Below are positions 12,730-24,300 of a stretch of DNA of 64,000 nt, in pieces; the stretch's first letter is position 1; every line of letters begins with the position of its first letter. Both the position numbers and the translations under genes were made by a program. The notes under the pieces are model-generated. The model was given only the letters and a program-made list of their open reading frames with translations, was not told where the DNA came from and searched no databases. This stretch comes from Prorocentrum cordatum (Eukaryota), in NCBI GenBank assembly GCA_963575745.1, contig CAUYUJ010000115.1:558001-622000 (forward strand), given 5' to 3'.

Positions 12730-13760
12730 CTATGTGTTCCCCCAGCCGTTGTGGAAACCCTCCGGGGAACACGCAGGGGAGATTGAAGAGGCGGAGGAAA
12801 GGGAGGACAAAAAGAGAGGAGGAGGATAAAAGGGCATGTGTTTCCCACAGCCGTTGTGGAAACCCTTCTGGGAGCACGCGGGGTAGAAGAAAGAAGCGGA
12901 GGACAGGGAGGACAGATTGAGAGGAGGATGAGGAGGAGGAGGAGAAGGAGGAGGAGGAGGAGGAGGAGGCGGACGAGGCGGCGGAACAGACTGAGGAGGA
13001 GGAGGAGGAGGAGGAGGACTCTTGGGGCCTTCTGGGAGTTTCTTCTTGTGGGCCTCTCGGAGGCCTCCTGGAAGCATCTGTGCGCCCTCGTTTGGGCCTT
13101 TGGGGGCTTCTTTGGGGTCCCTTTGGCCGTCTTAGGGCGTTCCTGGCCCGTCAGACGCCGTCAGAAGCCGTCCAGGGGGCCTCTCTGGACCGACTTCGGA
13201 CCCTTTTGGGGCACTTCAGGGCCGCCTTTGAGGCCACAATGGGCGTTTTGGAGACCTCTTGGGCCGTCTTGGGGCCCTCTTGGGTCGTCTTCGAGGTTTC
13301 TTGGGCCGTCATGGGGTCATATTGGAGGCCTTTGGAGTCATCTTTGGCGATCCCGGGGTCCTCTGGGGCCGTCTTGGGGTGCCGGAAGGCCGAAAAGAAA
13401 CAAAGAGCAACATCTGCCAAACACCTACACCAAATCAATAATTTGGGCCCCTTCGGGCCCTCCTGGAGGACCTCTTGGATGACTGTTGAGCCGTCCTGGT
13501 GCCATCTTGGGCCGTCTTGGGTGCATCTTGGGGCCATGTCGGTATCGCTTGGGGCCATCCTGGCCGTCTGTCAGGCATCGTGGAGGCCATCTTGAGACAT
13601 CTTGACCGACGGAGATGCCATCTTGAGCCGTCTTGGGGGTTCTTTGTGGACGCTGATGCTGTTTGTTGTTTGCGGCCCTTTCGGGCGGCAGGCGCGCTGG
13701 GCCGAAGCCCCACGGGGAGAAGATCTCTACCTGTATAGGATTCAGCACGCCGTGCACCCC
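12730..13760 (-). repeat. Dispersed CCCCAAGAGG-rich family, reverse copy with tatgtgttcccccagccgttgtgga end
   Basis: gcctcttgggg/ccgtcttgggg periodicity; the end motif recurs at 12836 and 19724. Confidence 0.75.
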
Positions 13761-13869
13761 TGTGATGCATAACGGAAAGAGCGAGGTACGAGTGATGACG
13801 TTCTGGTGTGGGGCGAAGCCTTTAAGGGGGGGGGGGTCCAGGGGGGGGGGGGTAGGGGGAGCGGATGGG

Positions 13870-14200
13870 CTCTAATGGACGTTTTCGGGTTTTCCATATG
13901 GTTTTTGAATGTTTTTCGGGTTCCCCCCAAGACGGCCCCAGAGCGCTCCAAGAGCCCAAGAGGCCCCCAAAACGGCCCAAGAGGGCGCCAAGACGGCCCA
14001 AGAGGCGCCCAAGACGGGCCAAGAGGGCCCCAAGAGGGGGACCACGAATTGAAACGTCTGGCGTTTCGCCCCAAGAAGCTCCCAGGAGGCCCCCAGAGCC
14101 CCCCAAGAAGCCCCAAGAGGCCTCCAAAAGGGCCCGACAAGGGCCGCAATAGGACTTCCAAGGAGGCCCAGAGACGCAAAATAAAGAGCGATCGGTAACG
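13870..14200 (+). repeat. Dispersed CCCCAAGAGG-rich family, copy
   Basis: ccccaagaggcgcccaagacggcc tandem. Confidence 0.75.
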
Positions 14201-14204
14201 CAAA

Positions 14205-14430
14205 AAGCTTTTCACACCAAGGCTCCCAAGAGCGAACGGTGACGTAAACAAGCTGATAAGACCAATGCTCCCAGCAGAGAGCGATGACGTAACAAGTTCC
14301 TGACACCAAGGCCCAGCCAAGGCTCAGGAACGGGCGGCAACCCAACAATCTCTGAACACCAAGGCTCCCACGAGCGAGAGGTGACGTAACAAGCTCTCAA
14401 CGCAAAGGCTCCCAGTACGAACGGTGGTGA
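14205..14430 (+). repeat. Short tandem repeat caccaaggctccca..agcga..gtgacgtaacaag
   Basis: About 4 degenerate copies. Confidence 0.7.
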
Positions 14431-14569
14431 GAGTAATTTCGGTTTCTGTTTCTGGCGCGCGCTTTCCGTTTCTGTGCCTGGCCAGGTCATCCGGGGGCGC
14501 CGGGTTTAGTGGCCTTCTGCCCATCCCGCCTCCGTGCGTGGGTTGTGGTCAGAGTGCTCGGGAATGCTT

Positions 14570-15290
14570 CTTGAGGTCTCTTCGGAACGCTCTTGGAGCC
14601 TTCTATGAGCAGGTTTGGGGCCCCTTGGGGGCTTCCTGGGGCCTCCTCGAGGCCTCTTTGAGGCCCCTCGGGGCCGAGGACTCGAAATGTCCATTCGGGT
14701 CCCCCATCTGGGCTCTCTCTTGGGGCCGTCATTTGGGGCTCCTGGGCCGACTTGGGCGCCTCTTGGGCTGTCTTGGGGCTCTCTTGGGCCGTTGTGGGTC
14801 CCTCTTAGAGACCTCTTGGGCCCTCTTGGGGCGATCTTGGGGGCCTCCAGGGCTGCCTGGAAGCATCAGGAAGCCGAAAAGGCGGGAACGGCAAAAACGT
14901 GCAAACAACCTAATCGTAATTCATGGTTTTGGCATCTTTGGGCCATCTTGGGAGGCCTCTTGGAGGCCTCTTGGGGCGTCTTGGAGGCCTCCTGGGTCGT
15001 CTTAGGGCCATCTTGAGCGTCTTGGGGCGACCGTTCGGCGACGCTTGGCCCTCTTGGACCGTTTTGGGGGTGGGGGGCCTCTTGGGGCCCTCTAGGCCCG
15101 TCCTTGGGCCCTCTTGGAGCCGAAAAAGTTGCGCGAGAAGACGAGACAAGCCCCCGACAAGACGCGCCAAGCTCCGCCCAATCTGGCAATTTGATTTGGG
15201 CTCTGGGCCCCTTGCAGAGCCCTCAGGAGTGAGGATTGAGGCTTAGAGGACTGGGCCAAGGATCCTATAGGACACGCCCACTCCGGGCAG
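14570..15290 (-). repeat. Dispersed CCCCAAGAGG-rich family, reverse copy
   Basis: ctcttggggcc periodicity; the end aggattgaggcttagagg..ggacacgcccac also occurs at 52753. Confidence 0.75.
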
Positions 15291-17133
15291 CTGCTCTAGG
15301 AGGAGGTCCCCTGTCCCTCGTCGGTGCGCGGCTCTTCGGCCGCGGCCTTCATGAGTCCGTGACCCGTCTTTCCGTTCTCACGCGTTCCGCTCCAGGGGCA
15401 GGGCCACCTGGACGCCTGCCTCTCCTCATGCATCGACGCGCGCACTCTTTGTGCCCAGGGGCACTGCGTCGGACTTTGCTCCTCCGACCCCGCTGGCCCC
15501 GCTCCTGGCTCGGGTCGGGCGACGGGGGTCGCAGGCGATTTTGCCCCCAACCCCCCCGACTCTTCGACGAACAATGAAGCCGTTTGGCCGCGGGAGCTCG
15601 CGCCTCGGGAATGCAGCTGGTCGACCTCGTGGCATATTGCCTTCAAAACGTGGGCAGCAACTTGGGCGGCCTCGAGCTGGGCAATTCGCTCAACAGCCAT
15701 GCCAACACGTAGAGCACTGGGTCTGGGGGGGGGCTCGAACCCTGGGGTATACCCCTAGGGGGCTATTCGGACGCACCCCTATCGAGGTGATGCCCCCTCG
15801 TCGTATATCCCAGGGCTGGGCCCCACATTGCCAGTCCATCCGGAAACCTCCCAAAGCATGGGCTACGAGTCGACATAGCCCCATGAAGGGGATGGGGGCC
15901 GGGGGCAAGGGGTGGGCCACGACATTTGCTGCGTTGGCCTTCTTTTTCGGACCCGCCGCCTGACGCTCTCCTCGCTCGCTATACGTTCGCTATTTGCACC
16001 AGGAGGCGTGGGGAAGACCTCGGAGGCGACGGGGCGAATAGCCCAAGGGCGCGCATTACACGTACGTGTTTGCCCTGGAGCCTCCCCGAAGACATGGACC
16101 AGCGGCGCAACTGGATGCATGCATGGTCTCCCCTGGGCTATTCGCCCTTATCGTCGCACCCGATACTTGCGCTCTGGGCGTGGGGAAAACCGGCGGCGTG
16201 GGCCGATCCGGTCCCCCTTCAGAGTGCTGTCCCCCCAGAGTTCTGGCGTCGTGATCTGTTCACACCACGGACCCCAGTGGTCTGGACCTCTTCCCTGGGC
16301 AATTTTTTTTCATCCTGAGCGCTTTCTGACGGCCCCAGAGGCTGGCCAGAGCCCCTGGATCGGGGCTCACGCAAAGGCGGTGGGCGCTTGATGCGTTCAA
16401 ATGTTACGATTTCCAGGGCTTACAGGGTTCATAGTGTTCACACGGGCTGCAGAAATGAGGTTCCTATCGAAGACGGGTGAAAGCCAGAACCTGGAAATCT
16501 GGAGCCCAAACCCTAGGATGTCCAATTCATCCCAGAAATTTGTATCCAGAACCCAGGAACAATCCCAGCCAAAACTTGGCAAATCTGAGGCAAACTCGGC
16601 ATGTCCGCAAACTTGGAAATGCCCAACGGCCAACCCAGAAATAGCCAACGACAAGCCAGGAAATTCGATTAATTCGGGGGAGGAGTGGCAGAAGAGGAGG
16701 CGGCGGTGAGAGAGGAGGAGTGGCAGGAGAGAGAGGGAGAAGGTTGTTCTGGCTAATCGGAGGGTTTGTTTTAGCCCCTCGGGTAGTTTGTGTTCGCCTC
16801 CCTGGAGCTGTTGTGCTAGCGTGTCGGAGGATTTGTTTTAGCCCCTGGGAGGGTTTGCTTCAGCCTCTCGGAGGGTGTGTTTTAGCGCTTCGGAGGGGCC
16901 CTCGGAGTTTTGTTTTAGGCAATCTGAGGGTTTGCTTTAGCGCCTCGGAGTGTTTGTGTTTAGCCCCCTCGGAGGGTTCGTGTGAGCCCCTCGGAGGGTT
17001 TGTTTTAGCGCCTCGGAGAGTTTATTGCGCTGGCCTTACGGCTGTGCAGCCGACCCTGGAGGCATCGGCTCTCGAGGGAAACGGGGGGGAGAGGGCGGGG
17101 AGGAGGAGGAGACGGAGGAGTGAAGGAGCCCAA

Positions 17134-18055
17134 GGACAGAATTTAACACCAGAGTGGCGTGTTAAATTCTGTCATCGTGTCGTCGTCGGCGTCGGCGTCG
17201 ACGTCGACGTCGTCGACGTCGCACCCGTCGTCGTTGTCGTCGTCCTTGTCGTCGCCGTCGGCACCGGGGCCTCCAGGACAGAATTTAACACGAGAGTGGC
17301 GTGTTAAATTCTGTCCTCGTGTCGGCGTCGTCGTCGTCGTCGTCGTCGGCGTCGGCACGAGGACCCCCAGGATAGAATTTAACACGAGAGTGGCGTGTTA
17401 AATTCTGTCCTCGTGTTGTCGTCGTCGTCCGCGTCGTCGGCACAAGGACCCCGAGGACAGAATATAACCCGAGAGTGGCGTGTTAAATTCTGTCCTCGTG
17501 TCGTCGTCGTCGTCGTCGTCCGTCGTCCTCGTCGTCGTCGTCGTCGCACCCGTCGTCGCGACGACGACGCGTCGTCCTTGTCGTTGTCGTCGGCACAAGG
17601 ACCCGAAGGACAGAATTTAACATGAGAGTGGCGTGTGAATTTCGTTTCGTCGTCCGTGGTCGTCGTCGTCGTCGTCGTCGTCGACGTCGCACGCTTCGTC
17701 GTCGCCCTCGGCGTCATCGTCGTCGTCGTCGTCGTCGGCACAAGGACCAGAAGGACAGAATTTAACACGAGAGTGGCGTGTTAAATTCTGTCCTCGAGTC
17801 GTCGTTGTCGTCGTCGTCGTCGTCGACGTCGACGTCGTGGACGTCGCACTCGTCGTCGTCGTCGTCCTTGTCGTCGCGTCGGCACTAGGGCCCCAAGGAC
17901 AGAACTTACCACGAGAGTGGCGTTTTAAATTCTGTCCTCGTGTCGGCGTCGTCGTCGTCGTCGACGTCGCACGCGTCGTCGTCGTCGTCCTCGTCGTCGT
18001 CGCCGTCGGCACAAAGACCCGAAGGACAGAATTTAACACGAGAGTGGCGTGTTAA
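17134..18055. repeat. Array of eight 41-bp palindromes GGACAGAATTTAACACG-AGAGTGG-CGTGTTAAATTCTGTCC separated by variable (GTC)n spacers
   Basis: Copies start at 17134, 17276, 17370, 17455, 17608, 17753, 17897 and 18024 (last one truncated); 17-bp stem, 7-nt loop. Confidence 0.95.
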
Positions 18056-18099
18056 TTTGAGATGCCTCTTGGAACGTCTGATGGGCATCTCAGGTGCCT

Positions 18100-18630
18100 C
18101 TGTCCCTCGCTACCCCCCTGGCTACCCCGCCTCGCTACCCCCTCCCGGGACCCCCCCGCCCCCTCGCGCGGGGAAGGGAAGAAAGGGAAGGGGCTTGCCT
18201 TTGATTCAGAGGCGACATTGCGAATCCGGGACGGCGATGTATCTGACCGAGAAGCCCCAGGAGGGCGGCGTATTTGACCCAGGACCCCCCTCGCTAACCC
18301 CCCTCGCTACCCCCCCTCGCTACCCCTCTGGAACCCCCCCCCCGCGCGGGGAAGGAAAGAAAGGGAAGGGTGTTCCCTCTGACCGAGGATCCCCAGGAGG
18401 GCGGCGTATCTGACCCAGGACCCCCCTCGCTACCCCCCCCCCCCCTCGCTACCCTCCCCCGGGACCCCCCCCCCTCCCCCCGCGCGGGGAAGGGAAGAAA
18501 GGGAAGGGGTTTCCCTTTGATTCAGAGACGACGAGGAAAAGGAACGGGACCCCCCCCTTCCTCGCGCGGGGAAGGGAAGAAAGGGAAGGGGCTTCCCTTT
18601 GATTCAGAGACGACGAGGAAAAGGAAAGGG
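18100..18630 (+). repeat. Tandem repeat with ccctcgctacccc and cgcgcggggaagggaagaaagggaagggg..cctttgattcagag units
   Basis: Four copies of the purine-rich block. Confidence 0.8.
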
Positions 18631-18760
18631 CAAACAGCGACGACGCTGCAGGGAAACGGGACAAAAGAACGACGAGGAAGAAGCAGCAAACAACAAAGCC
18701 TCGTCCACACGCCGACAGGGTCGGCCCCTCGGAGGGTTTGTTTTAGCGCCCCGGAGAGTT

Positions 18761-19093
18761 TATTCCCCAATCAGAGCTTGCCTCTGTAGGGTTCCTAGCG
18801 GATTCATATGGTTAGGTGAGGTTTGTCGCCGATTTTCGCTGCACGCCCGGGTGCACGGGGTGCCTGGGGCCCGGGTGCCCAGGGGGTGCCCGGGGGTGCC
18901 CGGGGGTGCCCGGGTGCCCGGGTGCCCGGGTGCCCGGGCGTGCTTGGGGGTGCCTGGGGGTGTATATAGCCCGATAGCCCTGAGCCATATAGCCCTATAG
19001 CCCTACAACTCTATAGCCATATAGCTCTATAGCCCAACAGCCCTACAGCCCTAGCCCTATAGTCCTGATTGGGGTTTTTCTCCGGTATCATTT
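18761..19093 (+). mobile_element. Non-autonomous element with asymmetric inverted repeats (Helitron2/Helentron-like), copy 1
   Basis: 5' tattccccaatcag plus hairpin; subterminal ctgattgggg at 19066-19075; inserted in a T run of the 22-bp satellite with no obvious TSD. Confidence 0.55.
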
Positions 19094-19325
19094 CAGCCCG
19101 TCGGAGGGTTTGTTTTTGCCTCTCAGGGTTGTGTGTGTGTTTTTGTTGCGTCGAACGGTTTGCCTTTGCTCCTCGGGGGATTTGTTCTAGCCCCAAGGAG
19201 GGTTTGTTTCAGCCCCTCGTTATTGAAGTGTTGCGTTGCCGGTTTTGTGGCAGCGAGACGGCCTCTGGAGGCCGAACACGTTGCAAACGCACATGTTGTC
19301 CGTTGTGCGTCGCCCAGCTCCCGAG

Positions 19326-19427
19326 GTGAGGTTCTCGGACCTCATTTCGCTTTCCTCTCCGTCTCAAGCGCCGCCGCGCTGGGCCTCGGTGCCTCTGTCT
19401 GAAGCGCTGGAGGAGCTCGGGAGGGAG
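19326..19427 (+). CDS. Exon-like segment VRFSDLISLSSPSQAPPRWASVPLSEALEELGRE that fits upstream of exon 1
   Basis: cgag|gtg acceptor, gag|gt donor, 102 nt, phase 0-0, 27 of 34 codons end in G/C; joining to 7228 gives LSEALEELGRE-DPAKVFIVRG. Confidence 0.5.
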
Positions 19428-19724
19428 GTCCAGCGGGGGGCCAGGGAGGAGGAGGAGGAGGAGGAGGAGGAGGAGGAGGAGGAGGAGGAGGAGAAGGAGG
19501 AGGATGAGGAGAAGTAGTCTTCAATGTTTTACCGGTGTTTGCCGTAGATTGTTGTGATCTCGTTTTCGGGAATTCCTTGGTTTGTGTTGGCCCAATTCCC
19601 CATTTCCCGGTTTGCTTGCAACATTTCCCGGTACTGGATTCGAAATTACAAATTTCTGGCCCCCAGTTGTTTTGAGATTTGGCGTCGGAATTTGCAGGTT
19701 TCAGTTCCTGCAAGATATTCGGCT

Positions 19725-20400
19725 ATGTGTTTCCCCAGCCGTTGTGGACCCGTCTTGAGGCTTCTTGGGGGCTTCCTGGGAGCCTCTCGGGGATCTCTGA
19801 GGGGCCTCTCGGGGGCCTCCTGGGGCCTCTTTGGAGCCCATTGGGCGCCTCTGGGGGCCTCTACGGGACCTCTTGGCCTTTGGAGTCTTGAGGGCCTCTC
19901 TAGGCAGTCGTGGGTCCCTTTTTGAGCTCTTCAGGGCAGTTTTGGGGGCCTCTTGGGTCGTCTTGGGGCCCTTTTGGGCCGTCTTGCGAGCCCCTTTGGG
20001 GCCTTTGGGGTTTGGGCGATCTTGGGGGCATATGGAGCCTTCTAGGAGCAACGGAAGCCAGAAATGCGAAAATCGTAAAATCATCGAATCAGCTGTGCGG
20101 GTTTTGGCTTTCTGGAGGTCCTCTGGGGGAGTCTTTTTGGAGCGTCTCCGGGCCTCTTGGACCGTGTGGAGGGCATCTTGGGCCGTCTTGGGACCATCTT
20201 GGCCGTCTCGGAGGCGTCTTGGGGCAGTCTTCGAGGGCATCTTGGGGCCATCTGGGCCGTCTTCGAGGCCATCTCGGCCGTCTTGGAGAGTCGTTGCGGA
20301 CTTTTTTCGCGACTCTCCGGGTTTGGGGAACCTCTAGCGCTGACACATTCGTCATGCCAGGTACTTGTTTGGTACATCGCGAATGTGCGGCAGATCTAGT
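19725..20400 (-). repeat. Dispersed CCCCAAGAGG-rich family, reverse copy
   Basis: Same motifs as 12730-13760. Confidence 0.75.
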
Positions 20401-20686
20401 GGCCTTCTTCGGCTTGGGTTGTAGGTCGGATGGCTGCCTACTGCAAAGCTCGCCTGGCGCGCGCCGACACACCTCAGGCCCCCCCAGAGATTTTGGCAGA
20501 GGGGGGCCGAACCCATTAGAATCCTAAAACCCGAGAGGCCCTGCACGACGCGCAACCGCAGGCACCCCACGACGCTCTTCAATTGTTCAAGTCACGGTGC
20601 CGGGGCCTTACTCTGGAATTCCTGGAACGCCGTCCCACGGAAGGTCTGTGCTCGTGCGTTCTTTGTCGTTGCTGCCCCCCTCCGAG

Positions 20687-20767
20687 GATGCCCGCCCCGA
20701 GCACGACCGTCAGCACCTCCGTGGGCTCCACGTCCATCAGCGGCCCCTCCTCCTCGAACCAGTCGAG
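20687..20767 (+). CDS. Host gene exon 4: (R)MPAPSTTVSTSVGSTSISGPSSSNQS(R)
   Basis: cgag|g acceptor, ag|gt donor, phase 2-2 matching exon 3; every full codon ends in G/C. Confidence 0.7.
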
Positions 20768-20939
20768 GTCGGGCCCCGCGCTCCTCCTCCTCCTCCTCCT
20801 CCTCCTCCTCCTCCTCCTCCTCCTCCTCCTCCTCCTCCTCCTCCTCCTCCTCGTTCCTCGCCCCCTCCCCCCCCCCGAGTGATAAGGACCGGATAATCTG
20901 ATCGAGTGGCGAGCGAGGGAGGGGAAGTGAGACGGAGAA

Positions 20940-21095
20940 GGCTGTCTCAGGAGGCGGCGGGTTTTCTCAGACGCCCTCGCGCCCTTGAGAAGTGCTCGGC
21001 GTCTTCGGGGAAGGCTTTGAACACTTCTCAGAAGTCAGAAGACCTGGGGGACCTCCGAGCCTTCTGAGAAGGCCCGCCCCTTCTCACTTCCCCCC
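20940..21095. repeat. Repeat rich in the ccttctgagaagg palindrome; inverted relative at 57025-57195
   Basis: Multiple ccttct-g/c-agaagg units at both loci. Confidence 0.7.
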
Positions 21096-21359
21096 CTCGT
21101 CGGTCGCCGCCGATTCTTGGGCAAGCCACGGGCGCACGCAGGTGTGAGGCTTCAACCTGCTCGTTATCATCTTCCTCCCGCCTCCCCCCCCGCTGTGCCT
21201 CCCGCTCCCTCTCGCCCGCCCTCGCGTGTCCTGGTCGAGCAAGGTCGGAGCAGGTTGAGGATGGGGAGGTGGAGAAGCATTGCCTCTTCCTCCTCTTTCT
21301 CGTCCCCCTTCTCTTCCTCCACCGCGTCCGCCGCCTCCTCCTCCTCCTTTCCCCGGGCA

Positions 21360-24300
21360 AACTGAAATAGATGTGTCGTTCTGTTGTAGTCGCGTATGGG
21401 ATGGCTGTGCTGACTCGTAGGGTGCATCCGAGCTTGGATGAGTGTTGAGGCGCACTGAACTGCAGGAAAGTGTCTGCTGTACTATATTCGCACTTTGTTG
21501 CGGTCTCGTGTATCCCCATGAGGTGAGACTGCTGCAGAAGTGTCTGTGCTCCTAAGGGCTGTCCTCGAGTCATGTGGTACAGAGTGTATCGAGCATGAAG
21601 CTGATGTCCGTCGCTGGTAGCATCCACATTCGCTCGTTGGGCATTGTAAGGACCCAGCTTGCAGTGAACTGTCGTGGTGCTAGGGTCGTCTGTCACACTT
21701 GCTTGCCGTGGTCGCTGTTGCTGCGTGTTGTTCTGAGTCGCATTGGTGGCAAGTGCTGTTTGCTGTGCTGAAGGATGCGTTTGGTAGTGGAAGCCGTCCA
21801 TCTGTATTATAGGGTATTCCCGGTGAGTAGTTCAGTAGATTCGTCGGTAGTCTGCTCATAGTGGTCTCGCTGCGGGAACCAGGACTCCGCAGCCGTTGTA
21901 AGTCCAGTGTGTGCTGTTGTGCACGGCGACATGCGCTTTTGCAAGTGTGTCAGCTAGTTTGGTCCATGGGTGGTCGTCTTGGTTTTGATGTTGCGCATTC
22001 TAAGGCGATGTGTCCTTCGGGTATGTTGGTGTCGTGCTTGAGCTGTCCTTGTGATGGGGTCATCGCTGTTTGCGTATTTTGTCAGCACTTAGACAGGGAT
22101 AGTTGAGTCTGTGTGTGTATGTTTGTGGACGTGTGGATCCCGCTGCGTGCCGTAGATGGTGGCCCAGGCGACGGCGCCCAGCTCCACGTTGGTGCTGTCG
22201 AGGCTGTCGTAGTCAATGCCGTTATTAGTGATGTGTGAAGTGCTGCCCGTGCAATATCCGTGAAGACGCGGCATTCGCTCGCCGTAGAGTACGACAGCGA
22301 CAGTTGATGTTGAGTCAGATTTTGCCTTGTGAATTGAGACGTCAGTTTCAATCAAGAGTGAGGTGAGATTATCTCCAGGGTGGTTGTACATATGTAGCGT
22401 TGCTTGCGTAGCTGGGTACGAGTTAATGGGCGTTGCTTGCGTAGCTAGCATATGTAGCGTTGCCTGCGTAGCTGGGTCATGCTGGGGTTGTATGCGTCTG
22501 CTGGATTTGTGAAAGGCGGTGCGCAGTGTTGCGGGATGCCTTACCGTAGGTGAAGGGTAATGTTGAGGACTGGTTGCGGTAGGGGGTTCTGCGTCGCTTG
22601 TTTGGCGGTGCCATCTGTTCTAGTGATGTGTACACATCGTCTGGTCTCTTGTGGAACAAGGTGCGGGACATTCCGTAAACCAAATGGTGAAGCCGTGTTT
22701 GCCGCTTGGGTCTGATCAAGCGGAGATGTCGCGGTGAAGAGAACATTGTTTGTTCTGGTTGAGTGGGACGACGCCCCAAGCGCATCTGCATTCAATTGTG
22801 CTGCCATTGCGGCTAAGTCGTCTGCTAGTTTTGGAGCGTTAGTGCCCTTGTGTTTGGTAGTGGCGCTGCTGCTGTGGCCTCCTTGGTTTCTACCGCTGCT
22901 GATGCATGTTGTGGTGCATGCCCAGGTGGCGAGTGGGAGGCTTGCGGCCGATCGCTGGGACTCGACATGACGATGACCTTGACCTTGCGCTGTGCTGCTA
23001 GAGGTGGCACCTCGCCAAACTGTTGCAGCGCGTCGTGCTGCCTGGCTGTCGCCTTGTTGCTGTGGGGTGCTGAAGTACTGCGGTGCGTCACCTAATGGTA
23101 GTTAGTGCATGTCCGCTGTTGGACCACGTTTCGATGCCAGATGTTGTGGAGTGTGTGGCGATGTGGGTCTTCCAAGGTACATTTCAGTGAGTGTAAGTGG
23201 TATGACTTGCGATGGGTCAACTCGAACTGGTGATTCGCGTCTGTGCTCATGGTGCTGCTGATGTTCTTCTGGCGGGTCATCGAACAGTTGTAGTAGTATG
23301 CAGGTGGTGTTGTGCTGTGTAGGTGTGCCGTCATCCGCTGTTTCGCCGGTGACGACCTCCAGCTCTTGTTGTACTTAGTCGTCGACCTCCTTCTTCTGCT
23401 TGTTCTGGTTGTTCTGCTTGTTGTTGGAGTCGTAGCTGCTCTTCGCGATATTCGTCCTTTATGTGGATTGCGTCTTCGATGTCGTGGTCGAGTCTTTGTA
23501 TTGGTTGTTGCTCTCCGTGTTGAAGTGCATTTTGTTGCCGATGTGTTTGGTTGTCCGTGGTTTGTCGTAGTAGTGCCGTCAGTTCGTCTTCGCGTTCGGT
23601 ATGCCATGTCTCGGTCTGCATATGTGCCGTTTCGTAGGTGTTTGGTGTGTCATGTTGGTTGTGTGTGTTTGTGTCAGTCCCTGGTTGGTAGTGTTGTGCG
23701 GTACTGATGTGTTACTCGTAATGCTGGTTGGCTCTGTACAGTTGATCTGCTGCACTCGCCATGATGAGGTGCGCTGCTTCCTGGTTTTGGCATCTGCTTA
23801 GCAGGTCTCTATCTGCTTGTTGTAGGTGCTGCGCGGTCCTTGCTGCTTCGTGTGTTGCTGTGACCTCGCTGTCGAATGCGTCTTGTGCTTGTGTTCGCTG
23901 TTCGATGTAGAATGCATGCTGTTTGTTGTAGCTATCGGGCTGTAGTGCATGCCATTTGGCATGTTGTGCTTCCTGCTATACCCCTTGCTCTAAGTAGTGG
24001 ATTCGTTGGTGTCGTCTGTCTTGCTGTACTTGTTGTTCTTGTTGCAACCGGTAGTGTTGATGAATTTGCTGTATAGTATACTGCATGTGGTCTTCGATGG
24101 CTTATTCCGCACGCTGTATTCTAGTCGAGTGTTGGTCGCGTGTGCCTTTGTGTTGTTGGTTCTCGTAGCTCTTGGCGTAGTGATGCAATAGTAGCTGCAG
24201 TCTGCGTCCGTAGGCGGTGTTGAGAGAGATGGGTGGTGGTGTAGTAATTACGTTTGCCTTGTAGGTTTTTGAGCTCCAGGTGGCAGTGCACAGCTTGCGC

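Larger units (their letters stand above)
16755..19220 (+). repeat. 22-bp satellite (cccctcggagggtttgttttag) interrupted by nested insertions
   Basis: Units at 16755-17025, 18724-18760 and 19094-19220. Confidence 0.8.

Noticed and set aside
12838..15246. Long LGPSWG/PKRPQ-rich ORFs in several frames (also near 3.1-5.2, 19.7-20.5 and 44.3-47.1 kb)
   Set aside because: Produced by a stop-poor dispersed repeat open on both strands; no codon bias or domain.
15670..15725. Minus-strand CSTCWHGC*ANCP as a gag zinc knuckle
   Set aside because: Spacing does not fit CX2CX4HX4C, it contains a stop, and no other retroelement motifs were recognised nearby.
17134..18055. CRISPR array
   Set aside because: Spacers are homologous (GTC)n tracts of 44-112 nt rather than unique sequences; there are no cas genes, and the context is a eukaryotic intron.
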